Shown piece after piece: positions 11,860 through 24,698 of a stretch of DNA of 31,510 bases. The stretch's first letter is position 1. Each line of letters opens with the position of its first letter. Made by a program: the position numbers and the translations under genes. A model generated the notes under the pieces. It had not been told where the DNA came from and searched no databases. It worked only from the letters and a program-made list of their open reading frames with translations. The DNA comes from Bugula neritina (Eukaryota; Animalia; Bryozoa), in assembly GCA_964035545.1 (NCBI GenBank), contig CAXIUT010000167.1, forward strand, positions 1-31,510, given 5' to 3'.

Positions 11860-14800
11860 ATGAATGAACCAAAACCATCTATCGATAATATCGAAGTCAA
11901 ACACTTCAATTGTTTCTTCTCAGAAATTAGAGAAGTTTCTCATTGTCAACTTCATCAAAAAGAAGTCCCAAAAATGGAAATCAACAATTGCTTTGCCACC
12001 ATCTTTGGTGATCAACTTCTAGTCATCAGTAGAGGAGGAACCAGGTTTCATCTACCCATGGATCAGCAAGTTACCGCATTGTATCCTATACCTGAAGGAT
12101 TACTGATTGAGTTTTCTGTCAGACCTTAAGTGAGATTGGCAGAAATATTGCATTTCCAAAGAAACAAGTTGAACATGGATATTTAAGAACCTGGTTTGGA
12201 AGTAGAGAGTGGTAAGTATTGCTATGCTACTTTGACGAGGCATCCATACAATCCTCTTAAATTACTTGGATAATTTGAGAATTAGTAGATCACTGGTTGG
12301 CTTCGAGGGAAGTAAAAAATAGTTTGGGCTCATAACCAGGTTCCTTTGATAGTTTCATATAACTAGGAGTTGAGAAGATCAGCTTTTCATGTGCTTTTGG
12401 CAAATATATCGTAAGTATCTCGATAGTATCAAGTGGCTTTTATTCCAAGTCACTCATATTCTCTGAAAGGATTGACTGATAGTCCTCATTATGAAGTGCT
12501 TTCTCAACTAGTTTTCTAATAAAAGGGGTAAAACTAGCCAATCGTATCTGTAGTCTTGAATAAGTCAGTTAAGAAGGGTCAGGTGATAATATATTCTTAG
12601 AAGTCAGATCGTGAGGTAAAGGTCTATGAGTTGGATTTTTATGGAGGTCATAATGCAACTAGAATGATGACTAAGGTATCAAATGTTGGTGGTATCGTCC
12701 CTGCTACTTTATACACTCCTTAATCATTTAAAATGTAGGAAGTTCGTGCTCAAGATGGAGCATTATTGAGTGAATTATTAAAATAACAACTATCTTAAAT
12801 ATCAGATTGTACTGCTATCCTTCATGATGCCTTTATTGGTTACTATCATAATGGTTTTTTGATTGCTACTGAGCCATTATCACATCATTCTTAGCCAGTA
12901 AAAGTTCAAAATAATTCTTTTGTTGATGGAAAAGGACAAGTTATCAATTTGACTCCACTTATTTCTAATCAATTTGATGCAATAGTTTTGAGAACTCTTG
13001 AATTGGTTCTTTAAGATGAACGTTTGATAGTAAAGGCATTATCGAGTTATTGTTCTGGTTTGAATATAAAATAAACTTTAAAATCGGTTAGTTAAGGAAA
13101 AACAGGAGTTATTCAAGCTTTGCATTTACTCTATCAAGAAATGAAATTGTATCAATTGATGACTTCTTAAAGATAGCAATTAGCTTAGATAATACAAGTA
13201 TTAGCAGCTAGACAGGTCAAAAGATAATATATTGATTATTATTTAAGAGAAGGGTATCATGCGATCAATATATCTGGAATAAATCATGAGGCATTATCAG
13301 CTGACTAAGTGTACGATGTTTTTAATACTCTTTCTCAAATACTCATCAATCCTCAAGCCATTCGAACAATACATACTCTACATGGACGATCTAAATTTAT
13401 TTTAGGATTCTTTCAACTGTTAAGATGGGGATAAATTAAAATTCCAATTCAAGGAGTGTTGAAAAGTGAGATGATAACTAGATTTAGCCATTCTAGATAG
13501 GCTTTTTATCATACTAAATTTCCCTTATTGTCTCAAAGAGTATATCATCTTGATTATTATACACAAGTTCTGGAGTAGGTTCAATCTGCATCGACAAAAA
13601 CAACTATTAACCAACAGAAAGCTTTTCTATATTTGATTCGTAGTCATTCTAGTCAAAGTTAAATTTTAAGTTATCCTCTTGGAATACGTTCTGTATTTGC
13701 TTGGTTGCTGCAGTCGATGAGAAAAGAGTTACCTAATTCTTTGTATGAGTATATTCCTAAACTGGGATTTCAGTTGATTCAGAGAGAAGATCTTTTCAAA
13801 AATATTGAACTTTATAGAAAAAAGACTATTTCCATTCCTTATCATCTCCAAAAACCTTCACTAGATGATCATATCAAAACTCTAGTGCATACTTCTACTT
13901 CCCAGGAATACTTTTTAACAAGTAACGCGGCTGAAATGAATAAACTAAACAATGATTTGGTATTTGATGAAGTTTAAAGACTAGTTTCATCAACTTCTGA
14001 AATAAAAATAAGAGTCAAAGATATAGAATCGATTCCTGAAGACAGATGGTAAATATAAAGTCAAAATATATTGGTTAAATTTGCTAATCGAAGACTTGCA
14101 GTAGTGGCAGGTCAGGGAGCTTTTATGTTAGGAACAAGTAGATCTTTTATTACTGATATTGTAAAAATTCCTAAAATAAATCTATCAGCATTGATGCCCA
14201 ATGATATCAAAATAACTCTTGATCTTAAAGATGATAAAGAATCGATTGTTCATTGGCCTGAGTTTCATGCAGGTCTGGTTGCTGGTTTGAAATTATCACG
14301 TCATGTTATTCCTTTATCTGAAGATCATCTTAAAACTTGGATATTTTATCAAAAACCTGATACACCAAGGCGTGACCACTCAGGATTTTTACTTTCTCTT
14401 GGATTATTAGGCTATTTAAGATGCTTTTCACCCACTGATATCTATCAGTATCTCAAGCCAAACAACTAGTTTACTTCTGTGGCTGTTTTGTTGGGAGTAA
14501 GTGTATCTAACATTGGAAAATCAGATTAAGCTCTATCAAAAGCATTGATTCTTCATATTCCAGTTCTTTTGCCTCCAACTATCGATGTAGATATTCCTAT
14601 TAATGTTCAAACTAGTGCTTTGATTGGAGTTGGTCTTCTGCATAGAGGCACTTGCAATCGAACTATGACCTAGATGACTCTTTCTCAGATAGGTAAGAGA
14701 CCCATGAGTGATAAATGTATGGAAAGAGAAGGGTATTCTTTGGCTGCTGGTTGGGCTTTGGGTATGATATGTTTGGGCATGAGAGGGAAGAAAGAAAGTT

Positions 14801-16689
14801 TTAGAGATTTGCAGCTTGAAGAAAGACTGGTTAGGTTTATTTAAGGAGGAAAGGCGATATAACCTCCTCAATCGATGATTAGCACTAACTATATAAACTA
14901 GAGCAAATGTTCGAGTATCAAGTAAGGACCTTATGTAAATCTTCACATAACTGCTCCAGCTGCTTTACTGGCTATCTCTTTGATGTATCTTAAAAGCAAT
15001 GATCGAGAGTTGGCAGCTCGAATAACAATACCTAACAGTTTTAATACTATCTAATAGTGCAATCCTACTCATATTTTACTGAAGACTGTTGCTAAAAATT
15101 TGGTTATGTGGAATTCTATATAACCTTCTCAATAATTTGTCTTTAATCAGGTACCCTAGTTAATTCGATTTGTCTATGAGAATCCTCTTGGAAAGGTATA
15201 CTAACGTTACTATCTTGTTTACAATGTGTCAGAAATAGATTATCAGACTATTACAAGTATATATTTATCGGTGATAACAGGAGCTCTTCAGGCTATGGCT
15301 CTTAGATATGCTGGGACAGGTCATCAGGGTGTGGTTAGATTGATTCGAGATCATATTGAACATTTGAGAGGAGTTAAAATAACTAAATGCTAGTTCGCTA
15401 ATGATCCGCTCAATAAAAATACTATCGATCAGTATTAGTTATTTACCTTGCTGAGTACTTCACTTCTTTCTCTGGCTGTAGTCATGGCTGGGACATGTGA
15501 TACTTAATCTTTGAGGATAGCAAGGGTAGTTAGAAAGAAATTCCAAGATTCTAAAACTTTTCATTATGGTTTCTTTATGGCTGTTAATATGGCGATTGGA
15601 TTTATCTTTTTGGGTTATGGTAATTATACGTTTAATCGTGAAGATATGAGTGTGGCTGCTTTGTTATTGGCTCTTTATCCTGTATTTCCTAATACTCCTG
15701 GAGACAATCGATGGCATCTTCAAGCTCTTCGTCATTTTTATGTTTTAGCTATGTAGTAGAAAATATTCCATACTGTGGATGTTGATACAAATAAGGTGGT
15801 GAATGTGGCTGCTAGTTTGACATTTAAGACGGATGGTGAATATCAAAGTTAGAAGATGCATACGCCTGTTTTACTTCAGTAGAGTAAGCGTTTGACTCAT
15901 ATAAAAATTATAGATTCTGATTATTTCGATGTAGATTTTTCATTTGAAGGACTAAGTATTGATCCTAAAGCTATCTATATCAAAAGAAAACATTTCAAAG
16001 ATATAAATCCTAAAGCACTCAATCCATAAAATGCTTTAAGTACTACTATTAATCAATAGTATATCAAAAATACTTTAAAACAGGAACCTCGATATCTGGC
16101 TTTTATTTAGCATCAGCCTAAACCATAGGCTTTGTCTTATTTTATACCTGGAATATCATTGTAGAAAATAGCAATTGTTCAGAAGACTATTTAATCCAAA
16201 AAGTAAGATAATAGTTTGTATTATAAGTTGTTGAAAGAAGATAGATTGGACAATCTCTAAATATATTTGGCTTTATTGAGATAAGTTTAACTCCTGGAGA
16301 AGAGTTCTGATAGTTTGGGTGCTAGTAGTATTTGTCTTCAATTGGCTTTTTAAAAATGGGTAGGATATACTGATTTTATCAATTTGATTCAAAATCATCT
16401 GTCATCAGTTAGACAGCTATTGACATAAAATACTAGTTAGAGAAGTGAGGTGATAAGGTATATAGCTGATCCTTATGGAGTTAAATTATAAAGGAACATG
16501 TTGTATCGTTGGTTGAAGGTGTTGAAGATGCCTTCGAGTCGAGATTTGATGGTTCTGAACCAGGCATTAAAGGTGATGAAGAGTCGAGGGTAGTCATAGG
16601 AATCAATGTAGATGAATATGTTGTTATGCCATCCTGAATGTCCTCAATGGCTATTAATTCTTATTCTAAAGACTATTCTTTCGACATGA
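11860..16689 (+). CDS. APC1: Anaphase-promoting complex subunit 1 (~1609 aa, apparently intronless)
   Basis: Single frame from ATG to TGA with TAR=Glu. Motifs WPEFHAGLVAGL, HSGFLLSLGLLG, EREGYSLAAGWALGMICLG, NLHITAPAALLA, MAIGFIFLGYG and DNRWHLQALRHFYVLA are APC1 PC-repeat and C-terminal signatures. Confidence 0.95.
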
Positions 16690-16795
16690 TCTTATGTATA
16701 ATTAAATCATAAAATACAAATATGGTCTATTATTATAGATATTATGATATTATGATAGATAGTTCGATATAAAGGATGTTAATCCTGATGATAAA

Positions 16796-19700
16796 TCATA
16801 TTTTGTTGGTAGCTGTATGCACCCACTACCATAGATATCTTTATCTGATGTAGCTTTTGACTAGACTTCCTTAAAGCTATCTCTACTATTTCAACTTTTG
16901 TCTCATCTTTCCTTCATTCTTTTCTATGCCTTCCCAAACAGCTATTTCTTTCTTCAAATTAGTCATCAACAATAAACAATTCCACTCCTCTATGATTTTA
17001 TTATTCTCATCTTTTAATTTATACTTTCTTACTAGTTCTTTGATATTGACTACTTCTGAACTGCTTTTGAACACTTAGGCATAGATTGATGTCAAAATGC
17101 CGATGAGAGGTTAATCTTAGGGGAGATCTAGATCGTCTTATTGAGTGTATTTGGCGAGGAAGTTTTTAAGTTATTAATTTCTTTTTCTTTTAGATGTGAC
17201 ATTGTTTTAGGCTATTTGATTTTTCTTTTTGAGTTATTACATCTTTTTTATTATTTTAGTTTTTTATCTGTCTAAATATTTTTTAGAATCATTTATTTTA
17301 TATTATTTTTGACTTATATCTGATTATATTTTATTTTTAGTTTATAATAGATTTATCTTTTAGGTTTAGTAGTCTCTTTTTGGCTTATTTGGACTCTTTG
17401 CTTGATTTAGCTATTTATTCTTAGCTGATATTTGTTATGATCCTTTGGTTTTTGTATTGGAATAAAGGATAAGTTTATTAAAGGAATATTTTAAGTTTAT
17501 TGATTGGTTTGTTTTTATTATTGATGATATTGAAGGTAAATATTTTTTATATTAATTATTATTGGTTTATTTGGTAGATTTTATTGATTTGATGGTATTT
17601 TTAGAAGTATTTAGTTGTTTATTTATCCAGTTATTGTATTTTATGGCTGCAAATCTTTATTTTAGCTTTATAGTTATCCATTTTTCAATTAATGTTAAAG
17701 CTTTTTATTTTATTTATGCAGGTTGGATGATAACTTCTTTAGTATTACGTAGAATTCCTATCATATACTTTTTAATAAGTTAAAATGAAGATGAATAAAT
17801 ATTATTTTTTAGTTTTTTGACTAAACTACTTGATGAATAACATAAAATAGATGCTTATTTATTCTTATTGATTTTATCACGTATATTGTATTTTATTTTA
17901 TTTAATGATTCTTTCTTTGCTTTTGCTATTAGTTTATCAGCCACATACAATAATACAAAAGATTTTGATAAAAGACTTTATTTCTTTTGTTATTCTTTAG
18001 TATTATTATTAGCCTCCTTTTATGATACTATTTTCTTGTTAGTTTATATTTTTTGTTAATTTTTGTTTTTAACATCAAATTTTTGAGGTTGTTCTACTGG
18101 AGTGATTGATTTTGTTGAAACAGTTTGAGGAGACCTTGGTGATACCACTCTATTGATACCTTTTGTCTGATCCTATCTACCACCTATATTTTGAACACTA
18201 TTTTGAACATTACTTTGAACATTACTTTGAACATTATTAGTTTTATTATTATTAACTATTTTATTAGAGTTATTATTATTGATGATAGAAGTTTTGGATG
18301 ATTAATTTTTGATATTGTTTTGGCTTTATCTGTTATTATATTTATTGATTGTTGATATAGCATTTGATTTATCTGTATTATTAATTTTATTGATTGGAGA
18401 TCTTTATATTTTATTTTATTATGATCTAATAGATTTGATATTATTTTGATTTTGTCTAATATTTTTTATATTATTTTGTTACATTTTTATTGATTCATCT
18501 GCTGTATTTGCCAACTTTTATTCATTAATCTTATTATATCCTTTTCTTTATATATTCTTAGTCTATTTGTTTTGAGGGGATGTTATTTATTTATTTTGAG
18601 GTGATGTTATTTACTTATTTGATGTTGTCTATTTTGTTTGAATAGGTTGTTTTATTTATTTTGTTTGTATTGGTTTTGCTGATGGTTTATTTTATGATGT
18701 TTATTCTTGTAGTTTATTAGTTCTTTGAACGGCTGGTTTCCATAGTCTATCGATAGTTTATATGCTTTTAGATGAATTGATGTTATTTATATTATTACTA
18801 GTTCTTTAACTATTTATTTTTCTATTGTTATAACTAGGTTGATTCCCTTTCTATTATATTTTAGTTTATATTTTACTGACTTTAGCTGGTTGAAGATTCG
18901 ATGATATCTAAATTCTTTCATTACTTTTCTTATTAATTTGAATATTCGACGTTAAGTATTTTTAGCTACCTATATTTTTATTAATAGTTTATTTTTTTAC
19001 ATTTTGTGGTGATTTATTTTGTTTTACATCTTGTGTATTTTGTTTTATATCTTGAGTATTACTTTTTTATTGTTTTTGATAGACAGATGTAATAGATGTG
19101 TTAGTCGTATTAGGTGCTGTGGGTACTATTTTACTATTTTTATTATTTATATCTTATTTTTGAGGTACTATTCTTTGCAGTTTATTATTTTTATAAGTGG
19201 TTTATGTTTTTACTGGTGTTTATTTAACATTTGATTCTTATGTTTCTTTTGTTGAAAATCTAAGAGGTGCTCTAGTGCTATTGGGTTGTCTTGAGAATGG
19301 GGTATTTTTGTTTGTTTATTATTATATTATTGTTTTTTCATCTATTTTATTTATTCTGTTTGGTTGATTGTTTACTTTTGGTTTATTATTATTGATAGAT
19401 TTTTATTAAGATGATGGTGATACTACTTGATTTCTTCTTTGATAGTTATTTATAGTTGGTCTATTATCAGATATATTATTATTTATAGGTTTATTATTGT
19501 TATTTATTGATTTATTATTGTTATTTTACTATGTTTTTATCTTATTTTTATAGTTAGCTGAAGGAGGACTCGTATCTCTTACTTTATTTGGTTATATTTT
19601 TCCTTTTGATGTTGATTGTTGGTTTTTTTGTTCTATTTTTCCTCTTGAATTTGATTGTTGTTGACTTACTGGTTATACTTTACCTTTTGAATTTGATTGT

Positions 19701-21408
19701 TATACTTTATCTTTGGATGTTGAACGTTGATTATTGCTTTTACTATTGTTATTGAATTGTCTTTGTTGTTGAGGTTAAAAACTTGGCAGTCCCATTTCTT
19801 TCATAAACTTGGTAGTAGATCCAAAATATACTTAAGATGACATATGATAAGCTTTATCTTCAATACTGCCTCCTCTTTTATTTATTACTTAGACTTTTTG
19901 TTCTATATTTGTTGGTTTATTGATGGGTTTGATAACAGCTGAATCTTGATTATTTATTTTATATTTGCTTTAAGAATATACTTTATTTTATTATTTACTT
20001 GATCCTTTTATTTATGTTCTTTTATTTTATACTATTTTATTTGATTATTTATTGATAACATCTGTTTGAAATCTATTTCTGATGGGAGTTGTTTATGCTT
20101 TATCAAGGTTAGTTCTACTTTATAACCCAATTGACTTTATAGGAGTAGTTGTTTTAATGGGTGTAGTTGTTTTAATGGGTGTAGTTGATTTTGTGGGATC
20201 AACAAGTGATAGATCAACTTTATTATTATTATTATTATTTTGATATTATTTTTGTGGTATTTGTTAATCTATTTTGCTTTTAGGTGAAAATCTGGCTGTA
20301 GTTCCTTTGCTTGGTGTATTTTGTTACTTAACAAATTTGGTTGTTGAGTTTAGGTAGGTATCTGCTGTAAGATGATATGCATTTTTGGCAGGTTATTATA
20401 GTTTTTATTTGGTTGGAGAGTATTTTGATTTTGACTGTTTGTTTGGAGTACCTACTTAGCTTGTGTATTTTGTCGTTGAGTTCATGTAGTTTTAAGCTGT
20501 CATGTGATATGCGTTATTTTATATTTGTTTATTTGTAAGATTCTATTATTATTTTATCTTATTTGTACTTTTGCTTTTTTATCTTTTATTTAGTATTTGA
20601 TCTATTTGATTGTTTTGTCGAACTATTTGATTGTTCTGTTGAATTCTTATATTATTTTATTATTATTATTTATCTTTTTATTAAGATTTTTATCTTTTCT
20701 GTTGAACTGCTTGGTTTATTTGATGTTTTTGATTGTTTTGTTCGATTCTTTGATTCAAAGATGGTCGTTAAGTTTGTATTCTATGAGCTGATCCTGATGG
20801 CATTATAGTATTAGTTTTAGTTGGAGTTTCTTGATGATCAAGTATGGAAGTGGCACTGGGACGTGGAGTATACACTTTTTAGCTAATATTATTTTGAGAA
20901 CCACTTTTTTTCTTCCTAGTTTATTTTTTACTATTCTCACTGACTTTATTGTTTGATTTATTTTTATTTTTGGATTTAGATTTGGAAGAGCCATCATCGA
21001 AAACAGACAAATCTCCACATCCTTTGGTGTATTTAGTGGTTGATATCATAAAAATGCTAGCACACATATGCATGGCAATATCTTCTATGGGATTGATCGA
21101 TTTGGGGTTTACTGGTTTTTTGATTATAAAGTCATTACTACTGATAGTTTTTTATTTATTTAGGAGAGGGCTGATGGAGCTGGTTTTTCTCATAAGTATT
21201 TTTTTGGGTGGATTTTAATTTATTTTTTATAGGGATTGTGAAAACTATGAGTATGTTATTGTGAAAACTATGAGTATGTTTGAGTTTTGATGGTATTTTA
21301 GGACGTAGGTTTGGCTATCTGTTCTTCTGATATATTTAAGACTATCTTTTTTTTAGGGGTTGTTTTGGTGGTTGTTGCTGGTCCTGGTGATGAGTTTTGG
21401 GTTGCATT
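16796..21408 (-). CDS. Very large K/N/Q/E-rich, largely disordered protein with dispersed AYH-x6-STTK repeats and a helical C-terminus
   Basis: Coding-type composition on the minus strand over ~4.6 kb, with many SP/TP motifs and short in-frame tandem repeats. C-terminal ...IIEEWNCLLLMTNLKKEIAVWEG... Several indels, both ends approximate, and it could be more than one gene. Confidence 0.6.
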
Positions 21409-21431
21409 CGATGGTTATAATGTAGTATTGA

Positions 21432-22032
21432 TGTGGCTAAATAAAATCAGCTTATAACAACAATGTAAAACAAACTTGGAAAGGAAGTACAATAAGATTG
21501 CACTCGATATAACTAACAGTATTTTGATTGTGTGAGAAGAGCTGGAAATGGATGTTAAAAGTTAAAAAAAATGTAGAGAAATACTCAAATATTACGAATA
21601 TTGTCTCATTAAAAAAGAAGTGTCAGACAAATAAAACACTCGCTAAGCAGTATACTTGATTATTTACTTAAATAAAAAATCATATGTATAAGATCAGTAG
21701 AAATTTCCATTATCTTTGTGTGTTTATGGAATGAGAAGTGTCCAGTCACTTTCCCAGATTTTTTTGATAGGCATGTTTAAATAAGAAGACTGTCTATTTG
21801 GCTAAAAGTGGTTTTTATCTTTAAATAAGCGACTTCTTTTAAAACTTTGTCTAATTTTTAATTGTTTATTCCGTAGTTAGAGAGATTATTGAAGTCATTT
21901 CTTTATCTGAGGACGTTGCTGGAGAAGTCGGTTGAGAAAGTTGTTGAGTTGTTTGAGTATTTGGAAGGGTTGGCTTTCGTATCTCTGTTGCATAACGGAT
22001 ATTATATGATTTATTAATCGATAGCTATCTGA
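21432..22032 (+). CDS. Hypothetical helical protein
   Basis: MWLNKISLEQQC...EELEMDV...LLEKSVEKVVELFEYLEGLAF...*. It is interrupted by an in-frame TGA (~21533) and indels. Confidence 0.4.
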
Positions 22033-22100
22033 TTAATTTTCTGATAAATGCTAATCAAAATAGAGCTATTACACCCATGAACTATATTATTTATTCAATC

Positions 22101-24642
22101 ATGATGAAAACAACTACTTCTACTACTTGTTTTGACAGTACTCGTCTTGTCAGAACAACTGTACAACTCCTTCGACTATCTTCTCTGCCTCATCTCTCAA
22201 CAATATCTTCAATTCTACTCTTGCTGATAGTTCATACGATGATGACTTCTTTGCTTTTGTTAGTAGGCCATCGCATGATACTTTCAGAACTTATGCTATG
22301 AGTCATGCCAAATATTTTTATTCCTTTGTGGGCTTTTTTCTGGAATCTCATTGATTTTATTCATTATCTGTATTGTACAAAAATGCTGTTATAGCTGCTG
22401 CAATCAGAAGTAAATATTATTTTATGTAGATTTTGTGGAAATAGTATCAGTAAAAAAAACATATCGGCCTTGGTTGGTAAGTTGTCTTGTTTATACTATG
22501 ATTTTATTTAGTGTTTTTTTGATAGCTGTTGGAGTAGTTGCCTTCATGATGTCATCAGACTGGATCAAACAAACAGATTACACCATATGCAGTGTAGATT
22601 AAACATTAACCTAACTATTCGATGGTACAGCTGCAGGAGTCACTCCTACATGGTCAGGAGTCGATAACTTTAACTAATTTGCTAATCAAATAGCTACTAA
22701 TCATCCCAATGTGATGCCTACATTGGCTTAAACATTCTCTTCTACTGAATATAACACAGTGACTAGTGCTGCTATTGGATCTGCTTACAGCAATGCTATA
22801 TCGACTTATAATTGTCCAACAACTTTGAGTACAACTACTGTTAGTTGTCCCTTTGCTAGTGCTACATCGTGTGTTGGTTCAAGTAATAGTCAAACACCGA
22901 CTTTTAGTCAATAATTTTTGTCTAACTAGTGTAACTACTAATCCTGCTAACTTGATTCTATCATAACAAACAGACAAATTCAACCACTTGGAGAGGACAG
23001 TTTGGTCAATCTATCCTCATCAGTTTCTCGGATTCAATAGTACGCCAGCTGATTTTTCTGCATTGGTGCAGTAGGCATCATAGCTTCAAGCAGACATATC
23101 ATCTTATAAACCTCAACTAACTGATAATATCCAAAAAGTAAATATGATAAGATTTAGGCTAAAGATAATATCTATGATGCTTAGATAGGTATTTATACCT
23201 TTTTGGCTTTTTTCTTATCAATGGCTTTACTTGCTTTCATGACTGTTTTTTTGTGGGTATTGTGGAAAAAAGATTTGGATGTAGATTTATACTTTATGCC
23301 TTATGGATCATTTTTGCATTGTTTGCTATTATTGGCTTCTTGGCTTCTGGAGTGTTTGTGATTGGAGTTTTTACTGCCAATGATGGCTGTGGATTCTATG
23401 ATCAAATATCAGGTAATTCTAGTGCCATTCAAAACTTTATCATACTATCAAACTAGCGAGGTGACTCAGGTTCTTGAGACTTGTTTCTTTGCTCTTCCTG
23501 ACTCAACTGATACAATTTTTGATTCAGTGACCCAACAATCTACCTTCCAAGAATTACAATCTATTTAAACACTGTATAACTCATCTCTACCGTCATCGTC
23601 ATTTTCTACTGTCAAAACTACTATTTTAGATGATCTCAACTTTATCTCATCCAATCCTAATACTATCACTCTAGTAGGTGCTGCTACATCTCAAAACCCT
23701 CAAGCAGCACTAGATGAGGCTAACTCATTTGCAACAATCGGTGGAAGTTCAACTTGTTCAGCTGTTAATGACTCTTTGGCTTATAATCCATCACAATGCT
23801 ATCCTCGATTGCTTAACCAGGTACAATATTATCTATATAGGCTGCTGGGACTCCATCTTGTATATTGATTGACAACAATAGTAACGAGTACTGTTGCTGG
23901 TCGCTAGAGTAGCTTTATTGCTAATAATTGTAGTTCATTATTTACTACATACCAGGCTAATTTCAATTCATTGAATACTTTTGGTCAGGATATTCGTTCT
24001 TTGGTGACTTCATATACTAGTGATCCTGGTTTAGACACTTATTAGTCAAGTTATTATACTTATTATAAGTTAGTTGATGACTTTATGAGTAATTATACTC
24101 GTACATTGTTTCTTAGCTTTATTACTCCTTATAATACATTGGTTGCTGGTTCTCCTTGTTCTTTTTTGACTCAAAATTTGTAAACTTTAGTTTCTGATAC
24201 TTGTAATAACAACTTTCCTTATCTTTATACTTTGACTGCTTTAACTATTGTCATGAGTGTTTGCTTTATGTTTTTTGATGATTTTGGCTTACTATTTGAC
24301 AACAAGAATGGAATTCTATGAATACATTGAAGGTGATTTTGATAATTACGATCCTAATGCTGCATCTTCCTAGACTTTGGAAATAGAAAATGGCTAAAAT
24401 GCCTACAAATCGACAACAACTATTGAATCCTAATCAGTATAATAACAGAACTCCTTCTGAACCTAAATATCACCAAATGGATGACTTTTTCTGAGAAAAA
24501 TTAAAACCAAGATGTCAGATACAACAGACACAACTAGCAAAGATATCCACCTGAATACTACAAACGACCAAATGGCTCACCACAGACTCCAACACCATTG
24601 GTTCAAGGTCAAGTTCAAGGTCAAACTCAGAATACCCAATGA
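22101..24642 (+). CDS. Prominin/Tweety-like five-pass membrane glycoprotein (2 introns)
   Basis: Signal peptide, TM1 followed by CCYSCC, TM2, a large S/T/N/C-rich loop, a TM3-TM4 hairpin (23190-23375), a second large loop, TM5 (~24220-24295) and a tail with PPEY. TGA 24640-24642. Many indels. Confidence 0.65.
22410..22429 (+). other. 20-nt spliceosomal intron
   Basis: gtaaatattattttatgtag: GT-AG, AT-rich, joins the Cys-rich loop codons. Confidence 0.75.
23821..23840 (+). other. 20-nt spliceosomal intron
   Basis: gtacaatattatctatatag: removal restores the frame LLNQ|AAGTPSC. Confidence 0.85.
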
Positions 24643-24698
24643 TTGTTCCAGATTATTATAAATAAATTAAAACAGTATGATTAGTAGTATTGATCAAC

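Noticed and set aside
11860-16689. Standard ciliate code (TAR=Gln)
   Set aside because: Alignable TAA/TAG positions correspond to conserved Glu, while conserved Gln positions use CAA/CAG.
18190-20190. CRISPR-like or satellite arrays
   Set aside because: They are short in-frame coding repeats (NVQS, TTPIK) without spacers, in a eukaryotic gene.
17562-21218. Several hydrophobic + strand ORFs in the ORF track
   Set aside because: They are antisense shadows of the A-rich minus-strand gene.
21525-21540. TGA read as Trp or context-dependent stops (also ~16796, ~26560-26586)
   Set aside because: The well-conserved genes use TGG for Trp and I found no in-frame TGA in them. The candidate sites lie in indel-rich, unalignable regions.
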